From NCBI RefSeq assembly GCF_030028105.1, contig NC_092379.1, forward strand, positions 19,693,309 through 19,757,308: a stretch of DNA of 64,000 bases, read 5' to 3'. A program made the position numbers and the translations under genes. Position 1 is the first letter of the stretch; each line of letters begins with the position of its first letter. The stretch comes from Mobula birostris (taxonomy: Eukaryota). The notes beneath the pieces are model-generated. The model did not search any database. It was not told the DNA's origin and saw nothing but the letters and a program-made list of their open reading frames with translations. This document shows, piece by piece, positions 39,560-52,219 of this stretch.

Positions 39560-40310
39560 CTGTTTTTCTCCTTAAATATGTTTCTGGGACTGTTAGAGTT
39601 AGAGACTGCGATTTTGATTGGAGATTGTTTCAGTGATCCAGTACCTTGCTGACTCTGAGAAGATTCTGAGCATGTACTCAGATCACCTCGATGCAATGAA
39701 ACTTCAAGACAGGGTGCGAGCCGACGATTGACTCCATTTCGCCATTTAAAGCATTCATTAAGCGAGTGAACGTTTTGGCGCCGATGCCTGTCTTTTGATC
39801 ACTGCTGGAGATGGATTCTGTGAGCGGCCTTTTGCTTTGTGTCTTGCTGTGACAGGCGGGTCGGCCTCTCTGCCTCGTGTGGTGTCCCTCTCCTGTCTTT
39901 CAATGAATGTCGGTGATATCGGAGATGGTATTGTGGTTCTGTATTTGTGGATTCGACTGTTGTGTTTATGGACTGTGGACATTTTCAGACTTATATTCTG
40001 TGTTTTTTATCGCCCGTTCCTTTTCTGTTTTGTAGTGTGACAGGAGGGTGTTTGGGGGTCGGTGTTCTGTTAGCTTTTTGTGTGGGGGAGGGGTTGTTTT
40101 GTGGGGTCGGTGTTACTGTTCTGTTTTGTGAAGGGGGGTATCGGGGGGGGATTGATGATTGGGATGCCATTTTTGTCAGTGGGGGGATGGGGTGAGTTTC
40201 ATGTTTCTCTCTGAACGACTTTCATGTTCTTTCTTGTTTTCGTGGCTATCTGGAGAACACAAATTTTAAGTTGTATGTGGATACAGGCTTTGATAATAAT
40301 GAACCTTTGT
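39560..40310 (+). mobile_element. Non-autonomous retroposon with a 3' tail shared with 49030-49450
   Basis: Non-coding GT-rich body ending GGCTATCTGGAGAACACAAATTTTAAGTTGTATGTGGATACAGGCTTTGATAATAATGAACCTTTG, similar to the 3' end of the 49030-49450 element. Confidence 0.5.
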
Positions 40311-42389
40311 ACAATTCCAATTGAACTTAGTGAAGGAATCAGATACCCTTCAGCTCTGGCAGACTTTTCAGGCCATTACTTCCTACAAGGTGAAACCTAA
40401 CAACATGAATGGCAGTGATGCTTCATTCCCAGATGAGCTGAACACCATTTAAGCACACTTTGAAAGGGAGAATGAAACTACATGTGGGTGAATCCCTGCA
40501 GTGTCTGGTGACCCTGTCATCTCTGTCTCGGATGCCAACGTCAGAGCAGCTTTCAAGAGGGTGAATCCTCACACTGAATCAGGCCCTGATGCTGTGCCTG
40601 GTACGGAATTGAAAACCTGTGCAACCAACTGGTGGGAGTGTTCAGGAACATCTTCAATATCTCACTGCTGCAGTCAGAGGTTCCCATCTGTTTCAAAAGA
40701 GTGAGAATCATACCAGCGCCCAAGAAGAGCAGGGTGAGCTGTCTCAATGACTATCGCTCAGTTGCACCCACATCTACTGTGAGGAAATGCTTTGAGAGGT
40801 TGGTCACGGCCAGAATCAACTCCTGCTTAAGCAAGGACCTGGACCCCTGCAATTTACCTGTTGCCACAATAGGTCTACAGCAGATGGAATCTGACTGGCT
40901 CTCCACTCGGCCTTGGATCACCTGGACAATAACAATACCTGCTGAACATCAGGATGTTGTTTACTGATTACAGCTCAGTGTTCAACACAATCATAACCTC
41001 AGTTCAAATCAACAAACTCCAAAACCTGGGCCTCCAGACCTCTCTCCACAACTGGATCCTTGACATCCTCACTGGGAGACCACAGTCAGTGTGGATCTGA
41101 ATGAGCATCTCCTCCTCACTGACAATCAACACTGGAGCACCTCAAGGATGTGTGCTTAGCCCACTGCTCTACTCTCTCTGCACCCACAACTGTGCGACTA
41201 GGTAGAACTCAAGTGGCGTTTATAAACTTGCTGATGAACTATTGTGGGCAGAATTTCAGGGTGATGAGGAGGCATACAAGAGCAGGATAGAGCAGCTGGG
41301 TAAATGGTATCACAATAGTATCCTTGCATTCAATGTCAGTGAGATGAAGCAATTGATTGCAGACTTCAGGAAGGGTAGGTTGTGGGAACACACGTCAGTC
41401 TTCATTGTGGGATCAGCAGTGGAAAGGGTGAGCAGTTTCAAGTTCCTGGGTGTCAATATTTCCGAACATCTATCCTGGGTCCAACTTATTGATGCAATAA
41501 CAAAGAAGGCATGGCAGTGGCTATATTTTAATTGGAATTTGAGTAGTCTGGGTATGTTGCTAAAGACTATCGCAGATTTCTATAGATGTACCATGGAGAG
41601 TATTCTGATTGCATTACCATCAGGAAAAGCTGCAGGAAGTTGTAAACTCAGCCAGCTCCATCATGGACACCAACTTCCCCAGTATCAATGACACCTTCAA
41701 CAGGCGATGGCTTGAGAAGGCAGCATTCGTCATTAAGGTCTCCCACCACCAAGGACCTGCCCCCTTCTCATTGCCACTTTCAAGCAGGAGGCACAAGAGC
41801 CTGAAGACACACTCAACATTTGAGGAACAGCTTTCTCCCCTCCTAAATGGACAATGAAGCCATGAACATTACCTCACCATTTTTTCTTCGTTTTGCACTA
41901 CTTATTTAATTTATTTTTTATATTTACTTCATATAGGAATTTATTGCTTTTTATTATTAAGTATTTCAATGTACTGCTGCAGCAAAACACCAAATTTAAT
42001 GACAAATGACAGTGATATTAAAGCTAATTCTGATTCTGGTCGAAGAGGTTGGTCACCATGGACTCAAAATCACCAACCACACCTCACGTCTGTACTTATG
42101 AAATACTGTCTCTCTAAACATACCAGCATTGTGGAATACTCACAATGATACCTTTTTGTATTTCCTCTATTCATCTTTGATTGGTAACACTGACACTTAC
42201 ACACACTAATCCTCTCATTGGGATGACCTGGGAGGAACATGTGTTCTCAGTCACCATCGGGAAATAACGTCTAATCTCTGACCCAACAATAAAGCTGCTG
42301 TGTTTGACTCAAGTGAGAAATACAAAACACTTTACACTGAATCAGAACTGGTGTCAGGGTTCCAGTCGCTTGAGCACAAACTGTGTGTG

Positions 42390-43025
42390 AGGAGTACAAG
42401 AATACAAGAGCAAGAATGTGATGCTGAGGCTTTATAAGGCACTAGTGAGGCCTCACCTTGAGTATTGTGAACAGTTTTGGGCCCCTCATCTTAGCAAAGA
42501 TGTGCTGGAATTGGAGAGGGTCTAGTGGAGGTTCACAAGGATGATTCCAAGAATGAAAGGGTTATCATACTAGGAACGTTTGATGGCTCTGGGTCTGTTC
42601 TCACTGCATTTCAGAAGGATGAGGGGGGATCTCATTGAAACCTTTCGAATGTTGAAAGGCCTAGACAGAGTAGATGTGGAAAGGATGTTTCCCCATGGTG
42701 GGAAAGTCTAGGACAAGAGGGCACCCCAGCCTCAGGATAGAGGGGCGCCCTTTCAAAACAGAGATGTGGAAAAACTTCTTTAGTCGAAGTGTGGTGAATT
42801 TGTTGACTTTGTTGCCACATGCAGCTGTGGAGGCCAAATTGTTAGGTGTATTTAAGGCCGAGATTGGAAAGTTCTTAATTGGACATGGCGTCAAAGGTTA
42901 CGGGGAGAAGGACAAGAGCTAGGGTTGAAGAGGAGAAAAAAAATGATCAGCCATGATTGAATGATGGAGCAGACTTAATGAGCCAGATGGCCTAATTCTG
43001 CTGCTATGTCTTATGGTCTTAAGGT
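42390..43025 (+). mobile_element. CR1 LINE 3' fragment
   Basis: RPHLEYCEQFWAP, RTRGHPSLRIEGRPF and a CTTATGGTCTT tail. Confidence 0.85.
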
Positions 43026-43029
43026 CTTT

Positions 43030-46000
43030 TGGAGTTCCGCAAAATGTTAGGCATGTCGTGGATCACGTAACGTGTTCTGTGTCCTGCATAGAGTAAGGGT
43101 GATTTTGTTGAGACACACTGAGGTTGAGGTCCTGTTCAAAGGGCACCGACACCAATGATTCCTTTGAAGACCTCCCTATGTCTCTTTCTAGGTCTGTCTG
43201 TCTCTGCTTTAGCCACTCAGATTGTCCTCTGCCTTCTCTCTTCAAACATTCACACAGTTTTTTTATTTGCATAGTTCTGATCTCATCCTTTGTCTCTTCT
43301 TGCAATTCTCTCTGTCTGTCTCCACTGAACTCACAAGAAGAAAAGAAAACAGGAGAAAGAGTAGACCACCAGATTCCATGCTCTGGGCTGAGATTTCTGG
43401 GGATTCGTTCCCTCTGAGAGAAGAAATTTCTCTGCACCTCAGTTTCAAATGTCTGGCTCCTTATTTCGTAACTATGTCCCCTTGCTTGTGACTCTCTGAT
43501 GGGTGACAATCTCTCAACATCAACCCTCTTGTGCCCCTTTTGTATCTGAAATGTTTGAGTCCAGAAATCCTGGATTCTTCTCAACTGCAAGCAATGCAGA
43601 CACTGACAGTCTGGCCTCGGTCACTGTCTGACAGTCACTTCAGTTACAGAGACAGGCCCTTTGGCCCATCTAGTATTTAAACTGCCTAGTCCCATTGAAT
43701 TTCACCTAGACCATAGTCATTCATACCCCTCCCATTCATGTACCTACACTCCAAATTTAGCCTCAGGAATGTCTTATACAACTTCAACATTACATCCAAT
43801 CTCCTGTACACAATACCTAGATTTGTGAAGGCCAATTGCAACACATCTCACTTAAATTCCATCTGACATTTTTCTGCCCATTGAGTCATAAAGAAGTACA
43901 GCCCAGAGACAGGCCTTTCAGCCCATCTAGTCATTGCTGAGCCATTTAAACTGCCAAGTCCCATTGACTTGCACCCAGACCATCGCCCTCCATACCCCTC
44001 CCATCCATGTAACCATCCAAACTTCTCTGAAACATTGAAATCGAGCTTGCAAGCACCACTTGCTCTGGGAGCTCATTCCACACTCTCATAAATCTCTGAG
44101 TGAAGAAGTTTACCTCATGTTCCTCTTCAACATTTCACCTTTCACCCTTAACCCATGATCTCTAGTTGGCGTTCCTCCCAACCTCAGTGGAAAAAGCCTG
44201 CTTGCATTTACCCTATCTATATCCTTGATAATTTTGTATACCTCCATCAAATCTCCCCTCAATCTTCTACGTTCCAGGAAATAAAGTCCTAACCTATGTA
44301 ATCTTTCCTTTTGACACAGTTTCTCCAGTCCTGGTAGAATCCTTTTAAACTTTCTCTGTACTCTTTCAATCTTATTTACATCTTTCCTGTAGGTTAGTGA
44401 CTGCACACTGTACTCCCAAATTAGGCCTCACGAATGTCTGATACAACTTAAAGATAACTTCCCATCTCCTGTACTCAGAACTTTGATTTATGAAGACCAA
44501 TGTGCCAAAAGTTTTCTTTATGATGCTATCTACCTGTGCCCCCATTTTCAATGAGTTATGAACCTTTGTTGTACTGCAATCCTCAGTGTCCTATCGTTCA
44601 CTGTGTAAGACCTACCCTGGTTGGTCCTACCAAAGTGCAAAACCTCACGCTTGCCTGCATTAAATTCCATCTGCCATTTTACCATCTGGTCAAGATCCCA
44701 CTGCAAGCTGTGATAGTCTTCCTTGCTGTCTACTCCACCTCCCAGTCTTGGAGTTAATTACAAATTTGCTGATCCAGTTAACTATATTTTCATCTAGATC
44801 ATTGATTCAGATGACAAACAACAATGGACCCAGCACCAAGCCCTGCGAAACTCCATTAGTCACAGGCCTCCAGTCAGATAAGCAACTATCTACTACCATC
44901 TGTGGCTTCTCCCACAAAGCCAATATCCATTCGAAATTACTACCTTATCTTGACATATCTGTAGAATCCTAAAGGATTCTCCTTCACTTTGCCTGCTAGG
45001 GCAACCTCATCCATTCTTTTATCCCTTCTTATTTCTTTCTTAGGTGTTTTCTTGCATTTCCTATACCCCATAAGTACTTCATTTGTTCCTACCTGCCTGA
45101 CCCTGCTGAGACTTCCTTTTCCTTCTTAATCAGGGCCTCAAGATCTCTTGAAGACCAAGGCTCCCTGAATCTGTCATTGTTGCCTTTTAATCTGACAGGC
45201 ACATACAGCAATGTGCTCTCAAAATTTCATATTTGAAGGTTTCCCACTTACCAAGTACGCCTTTGCCAGAAAACAGCCTGTCCCAGCTCACACTTGCCAG
45301 ATCCTTTCTGATACCATCAAAATTGGCCTTTCTCCACTTTAGCATCTGAACCTGTGAACCAGATTCATCTTTTTCCATATTTATTTTGAAACTAATTGCA
45401 TTTTGATCAGTAGATGCAAAGTGTTCCCTTACACTATCTTCTGTCAGCTGCTCTGTCTCATTCCTTAAAAAGGCATGAAGTATTCCACACCGTCTTGTTG
45501 GGACCTCTCCGTAATGATTAAGGAAACTTTCCTGTGTACATTTCACGAGATCCATCCCTTTTATAGAATGGGAGTTCAAGTCAATATGTGGAAAGTTGAA
45601 ATAACACACAATCACAACCTTATGTTTTTTGCAGCAGTCTGTGATCTCCCTACAAATTTGTAGCTCTAAATCCTGCAGACTGCTGGGTCGTCTACAATAT
45701 GGCCCCATGAACAAGGTCATACCTTTCTTATTCCTCATTTCCACCCATAAAGCCTAACTAGAGAAGTTCTCCAGTCTCTCCTGACTGATCACTGCTGTGA
45801 CAATTTCCCTGACTAGTAACGCTATCCCTCCTGCACTGATGTGTCTAAAACAATGGAACCCTGGAATACTGAACTGCCATTCCTGCCTCTCCTGCAGCCA
45901 AGTCTCACTAATGTCTACAGTATCAAATTCCATATGTTGATCTATGACATGAGCTCATTTGCCTTTCCTACAATAATACTTGCTTTGAAATATACGCAAC

Positions 46001-46200
46001 TCAGAACATTACTCACACCATGCTCAACTGTTTAATTCCTGACATCTGTCTCCACAACCTCTCCACTATCTGTCCTGACTCTCTGGTTCTCATACCCTGC
46101 AACTCAAGTTGCATCCCCCACCCCCGCCATGCAGCACAAGCAAACCTTTCCGTAAGGATATTAGTCCCACTTCACTGCAGATGCAAACCATCTGCCCTGA
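43030..46200 (-). mobile_element. Several degenerate CR1 fragments (3' tails, RT, endonuclease)
   Basis: YRKDVNKIERVQRKF (44110-44406), endonuclease KVVIVCYFNFPHID (45187-45744), duplicated 3' tails near 43640 and 43890. Confidence 0.72.
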
Positions 46201-46559
46201 CAGACAGACGTTTAACTGCGAAGTTGCAACAGAACAGTTCCCAACAATGACCAGGTGAGGAGCAGCGAGGTTAGTGGGAACAAGGAACCCTCATACAGTG
46301 ATCCGACATCTTCAACACTGATATGACATTTGGTCAGTGGTTTCAACTCTGAACTCTTCGTCAGATGGCCGTAGGTTCTAATTTCTCTGACCATTAGTTG
46401 ACAGCTGATCACTGGGACTCATGATGCAGGAAGGGTTTAGACACCATAGATACAAAGACACCTATTTCTCCCCGAATGTGCGCCACCTACCACACCACAT
46501 GTTGAAGGTTCCTTGTTTCCCGTCTCCAAAAATCACAGCTAGAACATTTTCAAATCATA

Positions 46560-46604
46560 TTTATTGAACTTGGATCGGTACATTGACACAAACAAAGATT
46601 TATT
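46560..46604 (-). terminator. Candidate polyadenylation signals for the long secreted form
   Basis: Minus-strand AATAAA at 46599-46604 and 46560-46565, 260-300 nt after the stop. An ATTAAA also lies at 46776-46781. Confidence 0.55.
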
Positions 46605-46859
46605 ACATTGTGCAGTCCCACACAGGGTTGAAATCCATTCAATCATGGCAGAAGAAGGTCTTAGGATGTACGTACAAACTCAGGGATTTGAGGTGAATCA
46701 TGTTTGTTCCTTAATTTGGTTCTTGATCATAATTTCATTCTTAATTATTTTAAAAGGTCTAGATTTTAAACATGTTTTAATCAGCTAAATAATCCTCTGT
46801 TATAATTAATAATCATAAAACTAACAAAACTGGGGTTTCATGGATTGAATCACACAGTA

Positions 46860-47245
46860 TTACACACAAGATTTAAAACTATCAGTCAGAATGAGTGAGA
46901 CATTGACCAGGGTGGGTTTGCTGTGAGATTTATTGATGCTTCGGAACAGGTTGGTTGGGAGCGACTCATGACCCACCACACAGGAGAAAGTGGTGCCACT
47001 ATTCCACTCCTCAGGAGAAACCTTCAGCTGACTGGTCATTGTGTTCCAGCCATTTCTGGGGTCCTTGGTCACTGGCTGATTCACAAACCCTGTCTTCAGA
47101 AGGGTGTCATTGACCATCCAGGCCACATAGATCTCAGTGGGAGAGAACTTGGTGACCAGGCACATCAAGGTCACAGTCTGATCGGTGACTACCTCATCCG
47201 ATGAAGGGGGAAGGAGGTAGACATGAGGACGAGTCACAACACCAC
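46860..47245 (-). CDS. IgW: IgW CH6 exon with secretory tailpiece
   Basis: Acceptor TGTTCCAG|GT at 47245. TVTLMCLVTKFSPTEIYVAW...FSCVVGHESLP...KSHSKPTLVNVSLILTDSFKSCV*, tailpiece with NVS sequon and penultimate Cys. TAA at 46860-46862. Confidence 0.96.
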
Positions 47246-47898
47246 CTGGAACAGAGAGAATCTCAGTTAGAATGAATCTTACAATAATTCCCTACGTATC
47301 CAACACATTCTGGTCTTGCATCAACATGAACAATTTCTAAATCTGAGAGGTTTCACTTTATCTGAAACTAAAGGCTTTTCCCTTTCAGCTCGTCGTTGGG
47401 ATTTGTGGAGTGGAAATCTTGAACCTGCTGCATTTTACAGCTTCCAGCGAGGTTAGTTTATTCAATTTAATCAACGGGAGTCACTGAACACAGCAACTCG
47501 ACAGAAAGTGGAACTCAGCCCCTGGACTTGCATTATCCTGTGCTGTTTGTTCCATCTCCCCTGGAGCAGGGGTGGCAGTCTAAGCTGTGTACCTGTGAGA
47601 GGGAGTGAGAACCTGTGGAACTCTTTCCCACAGAAAGCACTTGAAGACATCATCTAATATATTCAAGAATGGGTTGAATATACTTCTTCGGGTGAATGGG
47701 TCAAAGGATACCTGGAGAAAACAGGGAAAGGGATTGAATTTGGATGATCAGCTGAGACCAGATTGAATGGTTGAGCAGATTGAGAGACCCAGTTACCTGC
47801 TCCTGTTCTCATTTTCTATAGTCTATCACAGTGCTGGATGTTGATAAATCTGTCCAGTTGCTAAGATCAGACTCACACTGAATTCTGTCTGCACGTAC

Positions 47899-48219
47899 CT
47901 GAGTTCTTCCTGATGGATTTCTTCACTGGTGTTGGCAAACTCTTGTCCTCTATCACACATGAGTACTCAGCCCCACTGTTCCACTCTGCAGCAGGGACTG
48001 TCAGTCTGCTGGTGATCATGTCTTCACCTCCGTTGCTGTCTGGACCCAGAATCCTCACCCCATCTTCCCTCTTCCTTCCGTCCACCTGCCAGATTACACT
48101 GAATCCCTGTAAATCACTGTGAACCACCTCACACAGAATAGTCGCTGTCCTCTTTGTCCAGACCTCTTCGAAGGAAGGTTTGCTTAAAGTGACAGAGGGG
48201 CGGGTGTCTGGACAGTCAT
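47899..48219 (-). CDS. IgW: IgW CH5 exon
   Basis: Acceptor CTCCCAG|AT, donor G|GTACGT, 321 nt open. DDCPDTRPSVTLSKPSFEEVWTKRTATILCEVVHSDL...W...EWNSGAEYSCVIEDKSLPTPVKKSIRKNS. Confidence 0.95.
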
Positions 48220-49029
48220 CTGGGAGAAATGTCACAATTATTATTTTACCATTCCCCAATGGACGAATTTCTCACTGACAAGACCAGCATTTCTGTTCAT
48301 CTCTGGTCAACGATTTGCCAGTCCCATCAAGACGAGATGAGACCAATCTACATTGGTGAAGAAAGGAATCTCCCCTTTTGAGCAGACAGGGTAAACACCA
48401 TGAGGGAACGTAAATGAACAAGATTGGCCCTTACATTGTTTTTGCAGTTTCATAGTCACTTAAACTGTTCCCAGATACTTATTAAAACAAATACAGAAAA
48501 TCCCCAGTATTTCAGAGTGTGTCGGTGGCACAGGAAACAGAGCAAAGTTTCACATGAAAATCTTCCAGAAAATACACTTCATATTTCAAAATTTATGAGA
48601 AATATTTAGTTTCTGTCACAAATATTAAAATACACTCTTTTTCTCTATAAGGTGTAACGAAAATTTGCTGCTGCTTTGTCAGAACATTGTGTGTTCAAGC
48701 TGCCCTCCAGAGGCTTCTACACATTGTCCAGGCTGACTATTCCCACACAGGAGCAGAGGGAGAGCTGCTCTGCTGGAAATTCAGTCACAACTGAGACACT
48801 GATTGGAGGCATGGGATAATGTTCAAAGGCAGATGGAGAGAACATTTTGAAGCCGCGTATCAGCGATTTCCAGAGTGCCTGTCCAGTGAAATGGTCGGGA
48901 TTCTCCTCCAGTTATGAAAGTATTTTCTGGGATACTCTTATTTCTGTGGTGGAAGTGTGGATTATGTTGGTTGAGAGTGGAAAACAAACCCATGATTGGC
49001 CGTTTTAAGTGCTAAGAGTGATTAAAAAG

Positions 49030-49450
49030 ATGAAGGCATTGAGGCTGAGTCAATGGACAAACCGGTATTCGGCTCACTTCTCGACGAGGCTTCACTCGCC
49101 TCAGCACTGACCTGACTCTGCAGCTGCGGCCTGCAGCCATCGGCACTCACCTCAGCACTGAGCCTGGCTCCACGGCCGTGGCCTGCAGCCATCGGTCTCC
49201 TGGACCGGCTGCAGTGCTGAACTGGCAACGTGGCTGTGGATTTACTTCAGGGGGCTCTGCGGTTCAGGTTCTGTAGATTGTTTGTTTGGATTTTTTTTAT
49301 TGTTTGCACAATTTGTTCTTTCTCTTTCACGCATTGGATGTTTGACCCTGAATTCTATTGTATTTCTTTGTTTTGTGACTGTCTGCAAGAAGAGAATCTC
49401 AAAGTTGTATATGGTGCACATACTTTGATAATAAATGTGCTTTGTACTTT
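49030..49450 (+). mobile_element. Non-autonomous retroposon in the CH4-CH5 intron (antisense to IgW), with internal approx 51-bp duplication
   Basis: Two units ending GGCCTGCAGCCATCGG (about 49094-49143 and 49144-49195). 3' tail AAGAATCTCAAAGTTGTAT..CATACTTTGATAATAAATG. Confidence 0.55.
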
Positions 49451-49568
49451 CAACTTTATCAGTTCACTCACAAAACTAAACCAGGACTGCACCGTGATTC
49501 AGTGCTGACCTTGAATTCATTGCACAATGTAAACAATTTCAATAATGGGTTGAGTCCCAGGACCCTAC

Positions 49569-49886
49569 CTTGGACGTTCTTCACTTGCTTCTTGATACTG
49601 CTGTTGGAGGGAGGATGAGTCACTGTACAGCTGAAGACTGATTCTGTCTTCCACTCCTGTAAACTCACGGTCAGGAAGTGTCCGGCACTGAAAGTCCACC
49701 CCTGCTCCAGAGCGGTCGGTGTCGCGCTGGTGTTGGAGGTGATCACGGTGCTGCCTTTCTCCCAGGTGACATTTATTTGATCCGGGTAGAATCCAGAGAC
49801 CACACACTCCAGTGTGGCTGTTTTCCAATTCTTTATCTCTTCCTGAGCTGGAGGCAGCAGTCTGACCTTGGGACTTCTTATCTCAA
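49569..49886 (-). CDS. IgW: IgW CH4 exon
   Basis: Acceptor TTCCAG|TT after an 88-nt intron, donor G|GTAGGG, 318 nt open. VEIRSPKVRLLPP...TATLECVVSGFYPDQINVTW...EWKTESVFSCTVTHPPS... Confidence 0.95.
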
Positions 49887-49974
49887 CTGGAATAGAAAAG
49901 AAAACAAAGGAAATGTCAAACATTTTGACTCAGGTAACTAATGCTGGCCATTTAATCACTGGTCTCTTGCCCAC

Positions 49975-50277
49975 CTTTGGTGCTATTGGTCCGTGCTGAC
50001 ACTGGGGAAGCTGAAGGAGATTCCTGAGCAGAGCACTCATACTCCACCCCACTGAACCACTCCTCCACACTGATCTGGAGTTCGCTGAGCACTCTGTATC
50101 GGGACCCGTCCCTCTCCGCTTGATGGGTGTGAATTCCTTTAGTTTTCTCCTTCCCGCCCACGTGCCAAGAGACGTGGATGTCTTCGGGATCTGTACAGAT
50201 AACTGTGCACCTCACGGAAGCAGACTTGTCGATCCACATCTCTTCAATGTCGGGATTTTGAATAAATACAGACAATT
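49975..50277 (-). CDS. IgW: IgW CH3 exon
   Basis: Acceptor CCCACAG|AA, donor G|GTGGGC, 303 nt open. ELSVFIQNPDIEEMWIDKSASVRC...W...EEWFSGVEYECSA... is a C1-set Ig domain. Confidence 0.95.
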
Positions 50278-52219
50278 CTGTGGGTTAGAAATGGAAATGC
50301 TCAGAATCTTACTGGAGATATTTCCATTGGTTGTGTTAGGTCCAGGGCTAAATCATGTGTCTCATAATCCTGTTAGCTTTGATTAAGAAGAGAAAATCAG
50401 AACAAAAGATGTGCTAACTAAATTTCGAATCCCTTTCTAATAACTGTACCAATCGGTTCACTGTGAGACGGAGCTCTGTGAGACAGAGAAGCATGCAGAT
50501 TTCTCAGCAGAGACACAGCTCAGTATATTCTTTGCTTGGAGACTCAGTGCCATTGATTAGTAACAATGAACACTGTGAATCAATGAGAATTCCTTTCTCC
50601 ATCTGAGCTGAGCCTGGGATTCACTCAGTTTAATAACTTCACATCCCGACATTCCAGTCTCACTGTGGCTGTGCCTCTCCTCATCTCTGCAACCTTCACC
50701 ACCCACACAAGCTTCAGACAACATCGTATTCTTTCAACTCTGCTCACTCATACACCTGCACTACTTCTGCTGGTGCCTGTGGTTTTAGCATTCTTGCTGA
50801 CAAACACTGAAGTCTCTGTCTCACTTGAAATGAGCAGCTGTGGTCAGAGTGTATCCATAAATTAGGGACTGATGAACTGGCAACAGGGGTTCAAATCCCA
50901 ACCCGGTGGATGGAAGTTTATATTCATTTCATCAATGCTTCTTGGAATAAAAGAAGACTACAGAGGTATTTGTAGTGTTATTCTCTGTGGTAACTTCCGG
51001 AGAGAAGCCTCGTCTGGTCTGGCTGGTTTGTGATTCCAGCAACACGGCTGGAGCTGAATCACCATCAGGAAGGAGGCAGCAAGTCCCTCAGTTCCAGAGA
51101 GATCAGTGATCGATGGGAAATGATAAATGAATAAAACAGCTCTTTGATCAAGTGTTGGGTCACCTGTACTCTGGTTAGAGTCAGTTTTGTGTGATTGCAC
51201 TCAAGTGAAGTTGTTGAGGTCGTCTCCCAATGCACGATCGTCAGTTCACTTACATTGCAGCTCTCTGCACTTTGTGTTCACCATTTACACACTCGGTCAC
51301 CTTCAGGCCCGTGGGGTGTTTTTGCTCTTTGACATTTAGTGTGGAGGCGGATTGTGTTTGTGTCATGGCTGAGACCTTCAATGAGACTATGAGTCACTGT
51401 CTTTGTCTGAAGAAAGAGCAGACGCAACACACACGGTTCCAGTCTGACTGGGTCGGATCATCCGACAAGGTATGATGTGTATTTCTTAACCTTTCTCATT
51501 TCAGTAAGATTATGAGCAATTTTCTTTTAAAACAGAAAGTCCGTTGGTGTGGTCCAGATGATCATTGTTGTCGTGTAATATCATAAATATGCAAACCTAG
51601 GTGTACACTGAAGAGTCACTGAATTGTGAATCGCAGTTTAATCAGCACTGTGATGTTGTTAAACATGTTTTTTGCAGGTTTCTCAGTTATGTCCCATATC
51701 AGCACTGTCTTGATGTTCAGCAGTCACTTGGAAATGTTCCCTTTATTGCTGAATGCTGGTGTTATTCCACAAGAAGTATAGAATTCTGTCAATGCTTGAG
51801 TAATTCTAACAAAACATTCTCCTTTCTGATATTCCTTGGGATCACTGAGTTGCCCTCTTGGACTGAATTCAGTGTCCGGCACGTGGACCAATGTAACTTT
51901 AGCAATTTGTCTGATCCAGGATTTAAACACAAAGCATAACAGATTGGACAGGAGACTGGTTAGACCCCTGTGTCTTGTCTCACCGATTTGTCTTGTGCCC
52001 AACATTATCAAAGGGTCATCCGTCCTTTGACAGAGTCAATTTAGAATTTCAGCCCCGTTCACCTTCATCACCTCATGCCTCACAGCCATTGGGTGAAAAA
52101 CAGGTTCCAGTTCTTGCTGACTGGAGTTAGACAACAGGGAATCTGGCCAAAGAAACTGGAATTGGGATCTGAGTCACACTGAAGCAACAATGTACACAAA
52201 TGAATGAGTGTATGGACAA

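Larger units (their letters stand above)
37850..42040 (+). mobile_element. Long Rex1/Babar element interrupted by a DNA transposon and a non-autonomous retroposon
   Basis: Endonuclease TLDHCDTTINNGYRA..PHFGKADHL, linker WMDQEI, RT SCLNDYRSVA...KCFERLV and GAPQGCVLSPLL, Rex1-type tail to about 42040. Confidence 0.82.

Noticed and set aside
43265-43272. Ig octamer ATTTGCAT as enhancer
   Set aside because: A single 8-mer in repeat-derived sequence with no clustered E-boxes noticed; expected by chance.
46276-46521. 14-15 bp inverted repeat downstream of the polyA signals (possible MITE)
   Set aside because: It has one indel and no TSD, and a match of this size is expected by chance in 64 kb.
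48912-48943. Second interspersed secretory exon (EIRVSQKILS*)
   Set aside because: There is an acceptor and a phase-1 frame, but no Cys, no tailpiece features and no nearby polyA signal.
51340-51469. Plus-strand exon-like segment (AG...GT, open frame)
   Set aside because: No recognisable protein and no partner exons. It is antisense in an IgW intron.
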